From contig OZ024744.1 in assembly GCA_964016885.1 (NCBI GenBank), positions 47,616,001 through 47,680,000 on the forward strand: 64,000 nucleotides of DNA. The letters are read 5' to 3'. This DNA comes from Eledone cirrhosa. Its lineage: Eukaryota. A program made the translations under genes and the position numbers. Under the pieces are notes generated by a model, which did no database searches, was not told where the DNA came from, and saw only the letters and a program-made list of their open reading frames with translations. Of the stretch, positions 44,151 through 58,092 are shown one piece after another (the first letter of the stretch is position 1; every line of letters starts with the position of its first letter).

Positions 44151-45539
44151 GCGTACTTGCCATCACCGACGCTGATAAGAAGGTAGCTTGGAAGTGTCAC
44201 TACGAAAGGCTACTAAATGAGGAGAATAAATGGGAGAAAGACAGTCTCCCCCACATCGACCCAATAGAGGGACCAGCAGTGTTAGTCGAGGGTAGTATAA
44301 TAAGTAAGGCAATCAAAGATATGAAGACGGGTAAGGCGGCTGGGCCTTCGGAAATAGTTGCTGAGATGCTGAAGGCATCTGGTACGGTGGGACACACCAT
44401 GGTCACCCGGATAGTTAACCAAGTCGTACAGAATGGGGGTGTTCCGAAGGACTGGCGTAGCAGCATCATCGTTAACTGTTATAAGGGTAAAGGAGATGCC
44501 CTAGATAGGAGTAACTATAGAGGCATTGAATTAATCGACCAGGTCATGAAGGTCACGGAAAAAGTAATAGCGCAACTAATCAGAGAGAGAATTGATCTAT
44601 ATGAAATGCAGTTCGGGTTTGTGTCAGGCAAAAGTACCACAGACCCTCTTTTCATTGTACGACAACTACAGGAGAAGTACCTAGCTAAAAGTAAACCCCT
44701 ATACTTAGCTTTTGTCGACTTGGAGAAAGCCTTCGACAGAGTCCCCCGTTCCATTATCTGGTGGGCTCTTAGAAAACTAGGTGTTGACGAATGGCTTGTG
44801 AGAGCTATACAAGCCATGTATAAAGAAACAGTCAGCAAGGTTAGAATTAACAACGAATATAGTGAATAGTTTAGCGTAAAAGTTGGCGTCCATCAGGGCT
44901 CTGTTCTCAGCCCCCTACTATTTATTATTGCCCTTCAGACTATAACAGAGGAGTTCAAGACCAGCTGCCCATGGGAACTCCTATACGCAGATGACCTAAC
45001 ACTCATAGCGGAATCAATGGCCGAGCTAGAGAAGAAATTCCAAACATGGAAGCACGGCCTAGAATCAAAAGGCCTTAAAATTAACCTGGCTAAGACTAAA
45101 GTTCTAGTTTGTAAGAAAGAAAATAAGGCGGCGGTCCGTTCCGGGAAGTGGCCATGCTCAGTGTGTAGGTAAGGCGTAGGTAGAGACTCCATTTTGTGTC
45201 AGAAATGCAAAGTATGGGTGCATAAAAGATGTAGTGGGATCACAGGTAAGCTAACTTAGAACATAGATTTTACATGTGGCCGGTGCTCTGGTGCAATAAG
45301 TAGCAGCAAGTGCCCACAAAATACTAGCTCTTTCAACTGCACAGAGGGTTCTATAGAAATAGTGGACAGCTTCCGTTACCTGGGTGACAAAATCAGCAGT
45401 GGGGGAGGGTGCTCTGAAAGTACAGTAGCTAGAGTCAGAACTGGATGGAAAAAGTTCAGAGAGCTTATACCACTATTAGCCACTAAAGGGTTCTCCCTAA
45501 AAATGAAAGGCAGGTTGTATGATGCCTGCATACAAACAG
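44151..45539 (+). mobile_element. RTE LINE RT segment (left arm of inverted duplication)
   Basis: [41 protein letters not shown]; several stops. Confidence 0.95.
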
Positions 45540-47650
45540 TGTGTTTTTTTGTCGTGACACCTACACCATCTCATTTGTTTCGGCCTGGATGGTGTGGCAC
45601 CAACATAACTTTACATAGAAGGGGGCGGTGTGAATGGGGTGGTGGGACGGGGGGTGTATTTTGTTAGAGATGCCTACTGATTGTAGGTTTTACTATGTAT
45701 TTAGGTAAGGCGGGTCTTCTCTATTACTGATACCGCCAAAGGTCTCGGTCCAGTGACATTGTCTTGGAGAGGTGTAAGTGTGTGAGGTCGGAGTTTATCA
45801 GCTCGTCCCAGGTTTTTCTAGGTCTCCCTATTCCGTGGCTACCGTCTATCTTTATTGCCCTGCACTTTGTTATACAGCTATCGACTTTCATGCGCATCAC
45901 GTGTCCATACCAACGTAGCCTTCTCTCGAGTAAACAACATCTGATCCCTCTTATTTCTAATGTTTTCCTTAGTTCGTTTATGCTTTGCCGTTCACGTATA
46001 TTACTATTACACATCCAGCGGAGCATGCAAGCTTCGTTCCTCTCTAGTCTGCGTATATCCTCTGCAGTCAATGCCCAGGTCTCACTGCCATGCAACATTG
46101 CTGTTCGTATGCAGGCATCATACAACCTGCCTTTCATTTTTAAGAACCCTTTAGCGGCTAATAGTGGTATAAGCTCTCTGAACTTTTTCCATCCAGTTCT
46201 GACTCTAGCTACTGTACTTTCAGAGCACCCTCCCCCACTGCTGATTTTGTCACCCAGGTAACGGAAGCTGTCCACTATTTCTATAGAGCCCTCTGCGCAG
46301 TTGAAAGAGCTAGTATTTTTTGGGCACTTGCTGCTACTTATTGCACCAGAGCACCGGCCACATGTAAAATCTATGTTCTTAGTTAGCTTACCTGTGATCC
46401 CACTACATCTTTTATGCACCCATACTTTGCATTTCTGACACAAAATGGAGTTTCTACCTACGCCTTTCCTACACACTGAGCATGGCCACTTCCCGGAAGG
46501 GACCGCCGCCTTATTTTCTTTCCTACAAACTAGAACTTTGGTCTTAGCCAGGTTAATTTTAAGGCCTTTTGATTCTAGGCCATGCTTCCATGTTTGGAAT
46601 TTCTTCTCTAGCTCAGCCATTGATTCAGCTATGAGTGTTACGTCGTCTGCGTATAGGAGTTCCCATGGGCAGCCGGTCTTGAACTCCTCTGTTATAGCCT
46701 GAAGGGCAATAATAAATAGTAGGGGGCTGAGAACAGAGCCCTGATGGACGCCAACTTTTACGCTAAACTCTTCACTATATTCGTTGTTAATTCTATAACC
46801 TTGCTGACTGTTTCTTTATACATGGCTTGTATAGCTCTCACAAGCCATTCGTCGACACCTAGTTTTCTATGAACCCACCAGATAATGGAACGGGGGACTC
46901 TGTCGAAGGCTTTCTCCAAGTCGACAAAAGCTAAGTATAGGGGTTTACTTTTAGCTAGGTACTTCTCCTGTAGTTGTCGTACAATGAAAAGAGCGTCTGT
47001 GGTACTTTTGCCTGACACAAACCCGAACTGCATTTCATCTAGGTCAATTCTCTCTCTGATTAGTTGCGCTATTACTTTTTCCGTGACCTTCATGACCTGG
47101 TCGATTAATTCAATGCCTCTATAGTTACTCCTATCTAGGGCATCTCCTTTACCCTTATAACAGTTAACGATGATGCTGCTACGCCAGTCCTTCGGAACAA
47201 CCCCATTCTGTATGACTTGGTTAACTATCAGGGTGACCATGGTGTGTCCCACCGTGCCAGATGCCTTCAGCATCTCAGCAACTATTTCCGAAGGCCCAGC
47301 TGCCTTACCCGTCTTCATATCCTTGATTGCCTTACTTATTATACTACCCTCGACTAACACTGCTGGTCCCTCTATTGGGTCGATGTGGGGGAGACTGTCT
47401 TTCTCCCATTTATTCTCCTCATTTAGTAGCCTTTCATAATGACACTTCCAAGCTACCTTCTTATCAGCGTCGGTGATGGCAAGTACGCGGTCATCATTAA
47501 TACACACTTCTCCCCGACAATATCATGGTTTTCCTTGACACATTGCCTAGCAATCCTGAACACCTCACGTTTTTGGTCCTCGCGTTGTAGAACATGCTTG
47601 AACTTTCTTTCCTCTGCTTCCCTTCTTGCGAAGTACACTTGTCTCCTAGC

Positions 47651-47653
<3 letters not shown>
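45540..47653 (-). mobile_element. RTE LINE, 5'-truncated, RT to partial 3' UTR (right arm)
   Basis: ORFs 46758-47507 and 45724-46620, with a frameshift near 46795. Confidence 0.96.
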
Positions 47654-47695
<42 letters not shown>

Positions 47696-48379
47696 TTATA
47701 TGTATCATTATCATCGTTTAACATCTGCTACATTAGCATGGGTTAGACGGGAACTGTCCCACTTCATTGATCGGGTGACCGTGTCTCGTTCGGATCTGGT
47801 AGGTTTTCTACAGCTGGATGCCCTTCGTAACACAAACCACATTTTATCTATATATATATACAGATGAAGGCTGAAAACTCTGCTAAGAGTATTGCAATAA
47901 CTTGTCAGATTATAGAGTTTGGTCCACTTTTAGGCTACGGCCAACCATACAAAATTATAACATATCCTGAACAAGCAATGCCTGTGCTTTGAAGGATTTC
48001 TTAAATGGGGAAAGGCCTTGCACTCAACCAATCCCACTCTCTCAACATCAAAAATGCTACCCAAAAAGGAGAACTGATCAACATCATCGGATGCTTCCTA
48101 AGCCGCAGGTTTTCTTTCAGAGTTTCCTTCTCCTAGAAGGTGTTGTGACAACAACTGGAGGCCTTTCACTCCCAGGTGTAAAAGAAAAAAAAATTCATAT
48201 ACATACATATATCGTTATCATTTAATGGCCATTTTCCAAGGTAGCATGGGTTTAACGGGTTGTCCCATTTGAAGCAATTTCCGTCAGGTGACCATGTTTT
48301 GCTCATACAGAACTGTTACTGTCTTTGTTTACAAGGAGGGATGCCCTTCCTAATGCCAACCATATTTACAGTGAATGCT

Positions 48380-48970
48380 GGTCACTTTTTGTTCTGACAC
48401 CTACAGAACCACTTTACAGTGTAGACTGGGCACTTTTTGTTCTGACACCTACACAACCACTTTACAGTGTAGACTGGGTGCTTTTTGTTCTGACACCTAC
48501 ACGACCACATTACAGTGTGGACTCGGTGCTTTTTGAAATCACACCTACACAACCACTTTACAATGTGGACAGGGCACTTTTTGTTCTGACACCTACACGA
48601 CCACTTTACTTTGTGGACTGGGCACTTTTTGTTCTGGCACCTACACAACCACTTTACAATGTGGACTCGGTGCTTTTTGTTCTGACACCTACACAACCAC
48701 TTTACAGTGTGGACTCGGTGTATTTTGTTCTGACACCTACACAACCACTTTACAGTGTGGACTGGGCACTTTTTGTTCTAACACCTACACAACTACTTTA
48801 CAGTGTGGACTGGGTGCTTTTTGACATGACACCTACACAACCACTTTACAATGTAGACTGGGTGCTTTTTGGTGTGATACCTACAAGATCAATTTACAGT
48901 GTGGGCTGAGTGCTTTTTGTCATGACACCTACATAACGACTTTATAGTGTGGACTGGGTGCTTTTTGCTA
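48380..48970 (-). repeat. 45-bp minisatellite (~13 units) in an RTE/SINE tail module
   Basis: gtgctttttgttctgacacctacacaaccactttacagtgtggactg; adjacent to ggatgcccttcctaatgccaacc (48210-48380). Confidence 0.92.
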
Positions 48971-49424
48971 TATTAAATACATCGACCCAGAAAGAAGCGT
49001 GGGGTGTGTGGAAAATCGGTAAAACTTCACCAGAGATAGAAATCCAGAATTAGTCATTTAGTTTACATAATGAGACCCTCAACCAATCTTATTTATTTTA
49101 TAACATATGGCATTTCTCGTAATGTACTTTTTATGCCATGTAAAATGTTTTTTAATGTCTAAAGAAAATTGTCGCTGGAATGCGACCACTTTGAATAATA
49201 TTTCACTAGAGATAAGAAAAATTTAATAAACAGAAGGTGGGGTGAATCAAGAGTGGGGTGGTGGTGTAAAAAATCTGAAAAATAAATAAGTGAGGGTGGG
49301 GGAAGATTATTTGAGACTAAAGCGAGGGTGGGGGAAGATTATTTGAGATGAAAGCGAGGGTGGTGTACAATCATTTGAGACCAAAGTGAGGATGGGGGAC
49401 CACTATTTGAGTTACATACACATA

Positions 49425-49680
49425 TTCTAGTATGTAGAAAGGAAAACAGGGCACAGGTGCCCTCTGGGAAATGGCCATGTTCAGTGTGTAGCAAAGGAGT
49501 AGGTAGAAATTCCATTTTATGTCCCAAATGCAAACTATGGGTACATAAAAGATGTAGTGGGATTAGAGGTAAGCTATCTAAGAACGTAGATTTTGTATGT
49601 GGCCACTGCTCAGGTGCAATAAGTAGCAAGTGCACACAGGACACCAGCTCCTTCTATTGCCTAGATGGTTCTATAATGTT
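49425..49680 (+). mobile_element. RTE fragment (Cys-rich region)
   Basis: PSGKWPCSVCSKGVGRNSILCPKCKLWVHKRCSG. Confidence 0.85.
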
Positions 49681-49774
49681 ACTCGATATTCAATGTAGCA
49701 ACAAGTGAATATTGTTATTGTAAAATAAACAGTCAACATCACAATTCTGGCATTATTCTTTTTATCATTCATCC

Positions 49775-49925
49775 ACAAAAGGATACATTTATCCACTACA
49801 TATGCAACAAACAAAAGGGGTCCAAGACCAGATCCCTGTGGTACACCAGATGACATCTCATACAGTGAAGAATGCTGTCCTAGAACCGTGACTACCTCTC
49901 TTCGACTGAGAGGGAAGGATTTCAA
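49775..49925 (-). mobile_element. CR1/L2-type RT fragment
   Basis: SSGVPQGSGLGPLLFVAYV. Confidence 0.65.
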
Positions 49926-49939
49926 CCAGTTAAAAACTA

Positions 49940-50776
49940 TACACTATGTACAGTATATATACCCTATATATATATTATATATACACTATGTACAGTATAT
50001 ATACACTATATATATATATTATATATACACTATGTACAGTATATATTATACACTATCTATGATGTTGTCCAAGGTAAAGGCAATGGGTGATACAGCTTGG
50101 CACCAGTGAGATCACAACATATATACAATATATATATTATATATACTATACACAGTATATATACCCTATATATATATATTATATATATACTATGTACAGT
50201 ATATATTATACACTATATATGTTGTCCAAGGTAAAGGCAATGGCTGGTACAGCTTGTCACCAGTGACCTCACAACATATATATATATATTATATATATAT
50301 AACATATATATATATATACAACATATATATATTATATACACACTGTGTACAATATATATTATACACTATATATGATGTTGTCCAAGAGAAAGGCTATGGC
50401 TGATACAGCTTGGCACCAGTAACATCACAACATATATACTATATATATATTATATAGACACTGTGTACAGTATATATTATACACTATATATATGTTGTCC
50501 AAGAGCAAGGCTATGGTTGATACAGCTTGGCACCAGTATCATCACAACATATATACACTATATATATATTATATATACACTGTGTACAGTATATATTATA
50601 CACTATATATGTTGTCCAAGAGAAAGGCTATGGCTGATACAGCTTGGCACCAGTAACATCACAACTCATTTCTACAGCTGAGTAAACAATGTGAAATAAA
50701 GTGTCTTGCTCAAGGTCCGAGAATCGAACTCACAACCATTCGATTGCAAGCCCAATGCTCTAACCACTAAGCCATG
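49940..50776 (-). mobile_element. SINE family 2 head with 5-fold amplified module
   Basis: gttgtccaag...gatacagcttggcaccagt x5 with TA spacers, then the SINE head. Paralog of 28270-28662. Confidence 0.85.
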
Positions 50777-51368
50777 ATACGTTCCAGAAACAACCGTGAT
50801 ATAGAGAGACCACAAAGACAACCGTTGTTTTCATAGTTTAAGCCTTAAAATACCTCTCATACATGCTTTAAGTACATATAAACTCATTAAAACACACTTT
50901 TGTATTTAAACACCAAAAACAGCCAGTAACGATCGTATAGAAACTACCACCAACCATCATACCACTAGTTACCAATGAGGACCATTGCCAGCCACGGTGG
51001 CCACTTGGTAATACACTGCACATCTGCCGTCAATCTATGAAGGGTTTGTAGTAGATTAGAGCAAAACACAATCAGTAAAACAGTAATGGAATGAAAAATA
51101 TAAACATTTGTTCATAATTAAAGCCTTAAGATGTCCCTTCCTTACGATATACACTTTAATAACATTGAAACTTATTTGATAAGTTTAAAATTTAAACACT
51201 TTTTATTCAGACGTACCGTGATAAGAATATAGATATGTTCTAACGAAAAATCCGCGATGTGGCGAGGATTACCGCGATAGGAAAATAGATATGTTCCAAA
51301 GAAATATCCGCGATGTAACGGGACCGCGATATAGCGGGGGATTACTGTTACACTCATAACATTTATTT

Positions 51369-51929
51369 GGGCACTGTCATGGTATTAGCTGACAGAAGTG
51401 AAAGTTGAAGGTGATGTCATTCGTCAACCTTCTCAATCGTTTATTTCCGTATCACTATTCCGTTTATTTATGTTTATGATTTTCTAAAAGATACGTTTAC
51501 GATGAGATACACTTATTAAAAAAAAAAATGGGTACCAAATAACCCCGTAATTTTCGAGAGAAACGATAATATACAATCTTATTTAACATGTGCATTAAAA
51601 ACTACAAATTTAAGTTCAACACGGCCCTTAAAATTGTTTTCTAATTTGATAACCATGACTTGTTTCAACATCGGCCCTTTTAAGGGCCACCTATATTTTC
51701 ATTTAAGTTCTTACACTTTAATTACAATTGTAACAGCTAGTGTAGTTTTTAATGCACATGTTAAATAAGATTGTATATAATCGTTTCTCTCGAAAATTAC
51801 GTGGTTATTTGGTACCTATAAATAAAATCATAAACGTAAATAAACGCGTGGTGATACGGAAATAAACGATTGAGAAGGTTGACGAATGACGTCACCTTCT
51901 TTCTGACAGCTAATACCACGACAGTGCCC
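51369..51929. mobile_element. MITE with long TIRs (561 bp)
   Basis: GGGCACTGTCATGGTATTAGCTG...CAGCTAATACCACGACAGTGCCC with imperfect arms of ~200 bp or more. Empty site atttatttcgat at 29691. Confidence 0.9.
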
Positions 51930-52286
51930 TTTTTTTCGATCTCTTACATTAAAATGTTGACTGAGGGTGCGACAACTGTTTCTTGTTTGAGGTTGTTCCA
52001 GTGGTTGAAATATAGACGGAGGTATTTTAAATAATAAAGACAGTCATGATAACAATATATTTTATATCACATGTAACAGTGGAATCTGCTGATTGAAAAA
52101 TAACACATCAACATTTCAGTTTGGAAGTTTTTTTTCTATATATAAAAGTGGAGGAAGAAATATATTTTTCTAATGTTGTTATATATATTTTCACTTGTAT
52201 ATAATTACTGCATCGTTGTAGGGTTCACATAATTATATTATTTACACACATTAATATAGACATTAAGTAAATCTTTGTCAACTTAC

Positions 52287-52680
52287 CTCCTTCACATATA
52301 ATCAATGTGTTGTGTTGTTAGTTTTTACTAAACAACCAAAGAAATAATCTCTTTGTTATCAAATTAGAAGTTTCAAAGATGTTATCAGCTTTATTTCACG
52401 ACATTAATGTTGGTGTATCCTCTTCATCTTTAGTCATAAATTGATATCTTGTCAGAATGAAGTAGTGAGGCTGACTTTATGTCTTTAGCTACAGATTTGA
52501 TAGGAAATATATATATATTAGGTTGATATGTGGTCTAAAATATATATATTGTCTATAAATGACTAATAGCAGATGTTCTGGTGAAATAGTAGTTTTACTA
52601 CTACAGATTGTAATGGAACTCTTAGTAGACACAATTGTAAAGTAAGAATAGATATGACAGTGTAAGACTGATGTCGGGGA
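52287..52680 (-). other. Predicted non-coding first exon (ZF-C unit)
   Basis: Donor GAG|GTAAGT at 52286; paralog of 29955-30348. Confidence 0.5.
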
Positions 52681-52684
52681 AAGT

Positions 52685-52878
52685 AATTATTTACATTATT
52701 CTGGACTCCGAAGCCGAGAATCATTCAGTTTCCTAAATAGTATATTAGTCTACGACTCCATTTATACCTTAAACGTGGTTTTGTCTTTACGTGTAATTGT
52801 TGTCACCGCTACACATAACAACGTATCATCTTCGCTTTTTTCCGTTCATTGCCAGGCAACGTCTTCACGAATCAAAGC
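52685..52878 (+). mobile_element. Penelope-like repeat fragment
   Basis: Near-identical to 20903-21095. Confidence 0.6.
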
Positions 52879-53403
52879 ATAAATTATTTTCATATATACA
52901 TATATATATAATATTATAAAGCTGAGTGTCGTGTGTATTATGTATGTATCCTACACACCTCCCTATAATTTGTTAGCTTTACTCTCTCCGTTGCTCTTCC
53001 CCCTCTCTATAATGTAAATGCTTTACTCTCTCTGTCGCTCTTCCCTCTCAAATATTATAAAGCTGAGCGTCGTCTCTCTCTCCCTCTTTCACCCTCTCTA
53101 TAATTTAACTGCGTTACTCCCTGTCTCTCTTCACTCTCTATATGACAGCAGGTAATACATACATCAAAAGGCAACCCTGACAAATATAATTATGTATCCC
53201 ACACACTTTTTCTGTCGTCACTAGCATAACACACACACACATAATATAACATCAAAACAAAACACACAGACACACACATCTATACTCTATGTATGTATGT
53301 ATGTAAGATTATTCCCCCTATAATTTAACTGCTCTACTCTCTATATGACAACACTGTTTTAGTTTCCGTATCTCCCTTCAATATACACATAGAGAGAGGG
53401 AGA

Positions 53404-53603
53404 NNNNNNNNNNNNNNNNNNNNNNNNNNNNNNNNNNNNNNNNNNNNNNNNNNNNNNNNNNNNNNNNNNNNNNNNNNNNNNNNNNNNNNNNNNNNNNNNN
53501 NNNNNNNNNNNNNNNNNNNNNNNNNNNNNNNNNNNNNNNNNNNNNNNNNNNNNNNNNNNNNNNNNNNNNNNNNNNNNNNNNNNNNNNNNNNNNNNNNNNN
53601 NNN
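53404..53603. other. Assembly gap (200 N)
   Basis: Run of n. Confidence 1.
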
Positions 53604-56600
53604 AAGAACGAAGTTTTGAGGGAAGACACGGTAGAGAAAGATAGCTTGGTGAAGAACGAAGTTTTGAGGGAAGACAAAGTAGAGAAAGATAGCTTGGTGA
53701 AGAACGAAGTTTTGGGGGAAGACAATGTAGAGAAAGATAGCTTGATGAAGAACGAATTTTTGGGAGAAGACAAGGTAGAGAAAGATAGCTTGGTGAAGAA
53801 CGAAGTTTTGAGGGAAGACAAGGTAGAGAAAGATAGTTGGTGAAGAACGAAGTTTTGAGGGAAGACAAGGTAGAGAAAGATAGCTTGGTGAAGAACGACG
53901 TTTTGAGGGAAGACAAGGTAGAGAAAGATAGCTTGGTGAAGAACGACGTTTTGGGGGAAGAAAATGTAGAGAAAGATAGCTTGGTGAAGAACGACGTTTT
54001 GAGGGAAGACAAGGTAGAGATAGATAGCTTGGTGAAGAACGAAGTTTTGAGGGAAGGCAAAGTAGAGAAAGATAGCTTGGTGAAGAACGAAGTTTTGGAG
54101 GAAGACAATGTTGAGAAAGATAGCTTGATGAAGAACGAAGTTTTGGGGGAAGACAAGGTAGAGAAAGATAGCTTGATGAAGTACGAAGTGTTGGGGGAAG
54201 ACAAGGTAGAGAAAGATAGCTTGGTGAAGAACGACGTTTTGTGGGAAGACAAGGTAGAGAAATATAGTTGGTGAAGAACGAAGTTTTGAGGCAAGACAAG
54301 GTAGAGAAAGATAGCTTGGTGAAGAACGAAGTTTTGAGGGAAGACAAGGTAGAGAAAGATAGCTTGGTGAAGAACGAAGTTTTGGGGGAAGACAATGTAG
54401 AGAAAGATAGCTTGGTGAAGAACGAAGTTTTGAGGGAAGACAAGGTAGAGAAAGATAGCTTGGTGAAGAACGAAGTTTTGGGGTAAGACAAGGTAGAGAA
54501 AGATAGCTTGGTGAAGAACGAAGTTTTGAGGGAAGACAAGGTATAGAAAGAGAGCTTGATGAAGAACGAAGTTTTGAGGGAAGACAAGGTAGAGAAAGAT
54601 AGCTTGATGAAGTACGAAATATTGGGGGAAGACAAGGTAGAGAAAGATAGCTTGGTGAAGAACGAAGTTTTGAGGGAAGACAAGGTAGAGAAAGATAGCT
54701 TGGTGAAGAACGAAGTTTTGAGGGAAGACAAAGTAGAGAAAGATAGCTTGGTGAAGAACGAAGTTTTGGGGGAAGACAATGTTGAGAAAGATAGCTTGAT
54801 GAAGAACGAAGTTTTGGGGGAAGACAAGGTAGAGAAAGATAGCTTGGTGTAGAACGAAGTTTTGAGGGAAGACAAGGTAGAGAAAGATAGCTTGGTGAAG
54901 AACGAAGTTTTGGGGGAAGACAAGGTAGAGAAAGATAGCTTGGTGAAGAACGAAGTTTTGAGGGAAGACAAGGTAGAGAAAGATAGCTTGGTGAAGAACG
55001 AAGTTTTGAGGGAAGACAAGGTAGAGAAAGATAGTTGGTGAAGAACGAAGTTTTGAGGGAAGACAAGGTAGAGTAAGATAGCTTGGTGAAGAACGACGTT
55101 TTGAGGGAAGACAAGGTAGAGAAAGATAGCTTGGTGAAGAACAAAGTTTTGGGGGAAGACAAGGTAGAGAAAGATAGCTTGATGAAGTACGAAGTGTTGG
55201 GGGAAGACAAGGTAGAGAAAGATAGCTTGGTGAAGAACGACGTTTTGTGGGAAGACAAGGTAGAGAAATATAGTTGGTGAAGAACGAAGTTTTGAGGCAA
55301 GACAAGGTAGAGAAAGATAGCTTGGTGAAGAACGAAGTTTTGAGGGAAGACAAGGTAGAGAAAGATAGCTTGGTGAAGAACGAAGTTTTGGGGGAAGACA
55401 ATGTAGAGAAAGATAGCTTGGTGAAGAACGAAGTTTTGAGGGAAGACAAGGTAGAGAAAGATAGCTTGGTGAAGAACGAAGTTTTGGGGTAAGACAAGGT
55501 AGAGAAAGATAGCTTGGTGAAGAACGAAGTTTTGAGGGAAGACAAGGTATAGAAAGAGAGCTTGATGAAGAACGAATTTTTGGGGGAAGACAAGGTAGAG
55601 AAAGATAGCTTGGTGAAGAACGAAGTTTTGAGGGAAGACAAGGTAGAGAAAGATAGCTTGGTGAAGAACGAAGTTTTGAGGGAAGACAAGGTAGAGAAAG
55701 AGAGCTTGGTGAAGAACGAAGTTTTGGGGGAAGACAATGTAGAGAAAGATAGCTTGGTGCAGAACGAAGTTTTGACGGACGACAAAGTAGAGAAAGATAG
55801 CTTGGTGAAGAACGAAGTTTTGGGGGTAGACAAGGTAGAGAAAGATAGCTTGATTAAGAACGAAGTTTTGGGGGAAGACAAGGTAGAGAAAGATAGCGTG
55901 GTGAAGAACGAAGTTTTGAGGAAAGACAAGGTAGAGAAAGATAGCTTGGTGAAGAACGAAGTTTTCAGGGAAGACAAGGTAGAGAAAGATAGCTTGGTGA
56001 AGAACGAAGTTTTGAGGGAAGACAAGGTAGAGAAAGATAGTTGGTGAAGAACGAAGTTTTGAGGGAAGACAAGGTAGAGAAAGATAGCTTGGTGAAGAAC
56101 GACGTTTTGAGGGAAGACAAGGTAGAGAAAGATAGCTTGGTGAAGAACGACGTTTTGGGGGAAGAAAAGGTAGAGAAAGATAACTTGGTGAAGAACAAAG
56201 TTTTGGGGGAAGACAAGGTAGAGAAAGATAGCTTGGTGAAGAACGAAGTATTGAGGAAAGACTCGGTAGAGAAAGATAGCTTGGTGAAGAACGACGTTTT
56301 GAGGGAAGACAAGGTAGAGAAAGATAGCTTGGTGAAGAACGAAGTTTTGGGGGAAGACAAGGTAGAGAAAGATAACTTGGTGAAGAACGAAGTTTTGAGG
56401 GAAGACAAGGTAGAGAAAGATAGCTTGGTGAAGAACGAAGTTTTGGGGGAAGACAAGGTAGAGAAAGATAGCTTGGTGAAGAACGAAGTTTTGAGGGAAG
56501 ACAAGGTAGAGAAAGATAGCTTGGTGAAGAACGAAGTTTTGAGGGAAGACAAGGTAGAGAAAGAGAGCTTGGTGAAGAACGAAGTTTTGGGGGAAGACAA

Positions 56601-58092
56601 TGTAGAGAAAGATAGCTTGGTGAAGAACGAAGTTTTGACGGACGACAAAGTAGAGAAAGATAGCTTGGTGAAGAACGAAGTTTTGGGGGAAGACAAGGTA
56701 GAGAAAGATAGCTTGATTAAGAACGAAGTTTTGGGGGAAGACAAGGTAGAGAAAGATAGCGTGGTGAAGAACGAAGTTTTGAGGAGAGACAAGGTAGAGA
56801 AAGATAGCTTGGTGAAGAACGAAGTTTTGAGGGAGGACAAGGTAGAGAAGATAGCTTGGTGAAGAACGACGTTTTGAGGGAAGACAAGGTAGAGAACGAT
56901 AGCTTGGTGAAGAACGAAGTATTGAGGGAAGACTCGGTAGAGAAAAATAGCTTGGTGAAGAACGACGTTTTGAGGGAAGACAAGGTAGAGAAAGATAGCT
57001 TGGTGAAGAACGAGGTTTTGAGGGAAGACAAGGTAGAGAAAGATAGCTTGGTGAAGAACGAAGTTTTGGGGGAAGACAAGGTAGAGAAAGATAGCTTGGT
57101 GAAGAACGAAGTTTTGGGGGAAGACAAGGTAGAGAAAGATAGCTTGGTGAAGAACGAAGTTTTGAGGGAAGACAAGGTAGAGAAAGATAGCTTGGTGAAG
57201 AACGAAGTTTTGGGGGAAGACAAGGTAGAGAAAGATAGCTTGGTGAAGAACGAATTTTGGGGCAAGACAAGGTAGAGAACGATAGCTTGGTGAAGAACGA
57301 AGTTTTGAGGGAAGACAAGGTAGAGAAAGATAGCTTGGTGAAGAACGAAGTTTTGAGGGAAGTCAAGGTAGAGAAAGATAGCTAGGTGAAGAACGAAGTT
57401 TTGAGGGAAGACAAGGTAGAGAAAGATAGCTTGGTGAAGAACGAAGTTTTGGGTGAAGACAAGGTAGAGGAAGATAGCTTGGTGAAGAACGAAGTTTTGG
57501 GGGAAGACAAGGTAGAGAAAGATAGCTTGGTGAAGAACGAAGTTTTGAGGGAAGACAAGGTAGAGAAAGATAGCTTGGTGAAGAACGACGTTTTGGGGGA
57601 AGACAAGGTAGAAAAAGATAGCTTGGTGAAGAACAACGTTTTGGGGGAAGACAAGGTAGAGAAAGATAGCTTGGTGAAGAACGAAGTATTGAGGGAAGAC
57701 TAGGTAGAGAAAGATAGCTTGGTGAAGAACGAAGTTTTGAGGGAAGACAAGGTAGAGAAAGATAGTTGGTGAAGAACGAAGTTTTGAGGGAAGACAAGGT
57801 AGAGAAAGATAGCTTGGTGAAGAACGACGTTTTGAGGGAAGACAAGGTAGAGAAAGATAGCTTGGTGAAGAACGAAGTTTTGGGGGAAGACAAGATAGAT
57901 AAAGATAGCTTGATGAAGTACGAAGTTTTGGGGGAAGACAAGGTAGAGAAAGATAGCTTGGTGAAGAACGACGTTTTGTGGGAAGACAAGGTAGAGAAAC
58001 ATAGTTGGTGAAGAACGAAGTTTTGAGGGAAGACAAGGTAGAGAAAGATAGCTTGATGAAGAACGAAGTTTTGAGGGAAGACAAGGTAGAGA
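53604..58092. repeat. 48-bp purine-rich satellite (~4.5 kb)
   Basis: aagaacgaagttttgagggaagacaaggtagagaaagatagcttggtg; occasional 47-bp units. Confidence 0.98.

Noticed and set aside
43661-44869. 402-aa ORF as a novel fusion protein
   Set aside because: Chance read-through of a (TA)n tract (YIYI) into an RTE RT fragment.
44151-47653. Twin-priming inversion of a single LINE insertion
   Set aside because: Twin priming inverts the 5' part with little overlap, whereas here ~1.4 kb is present twice.
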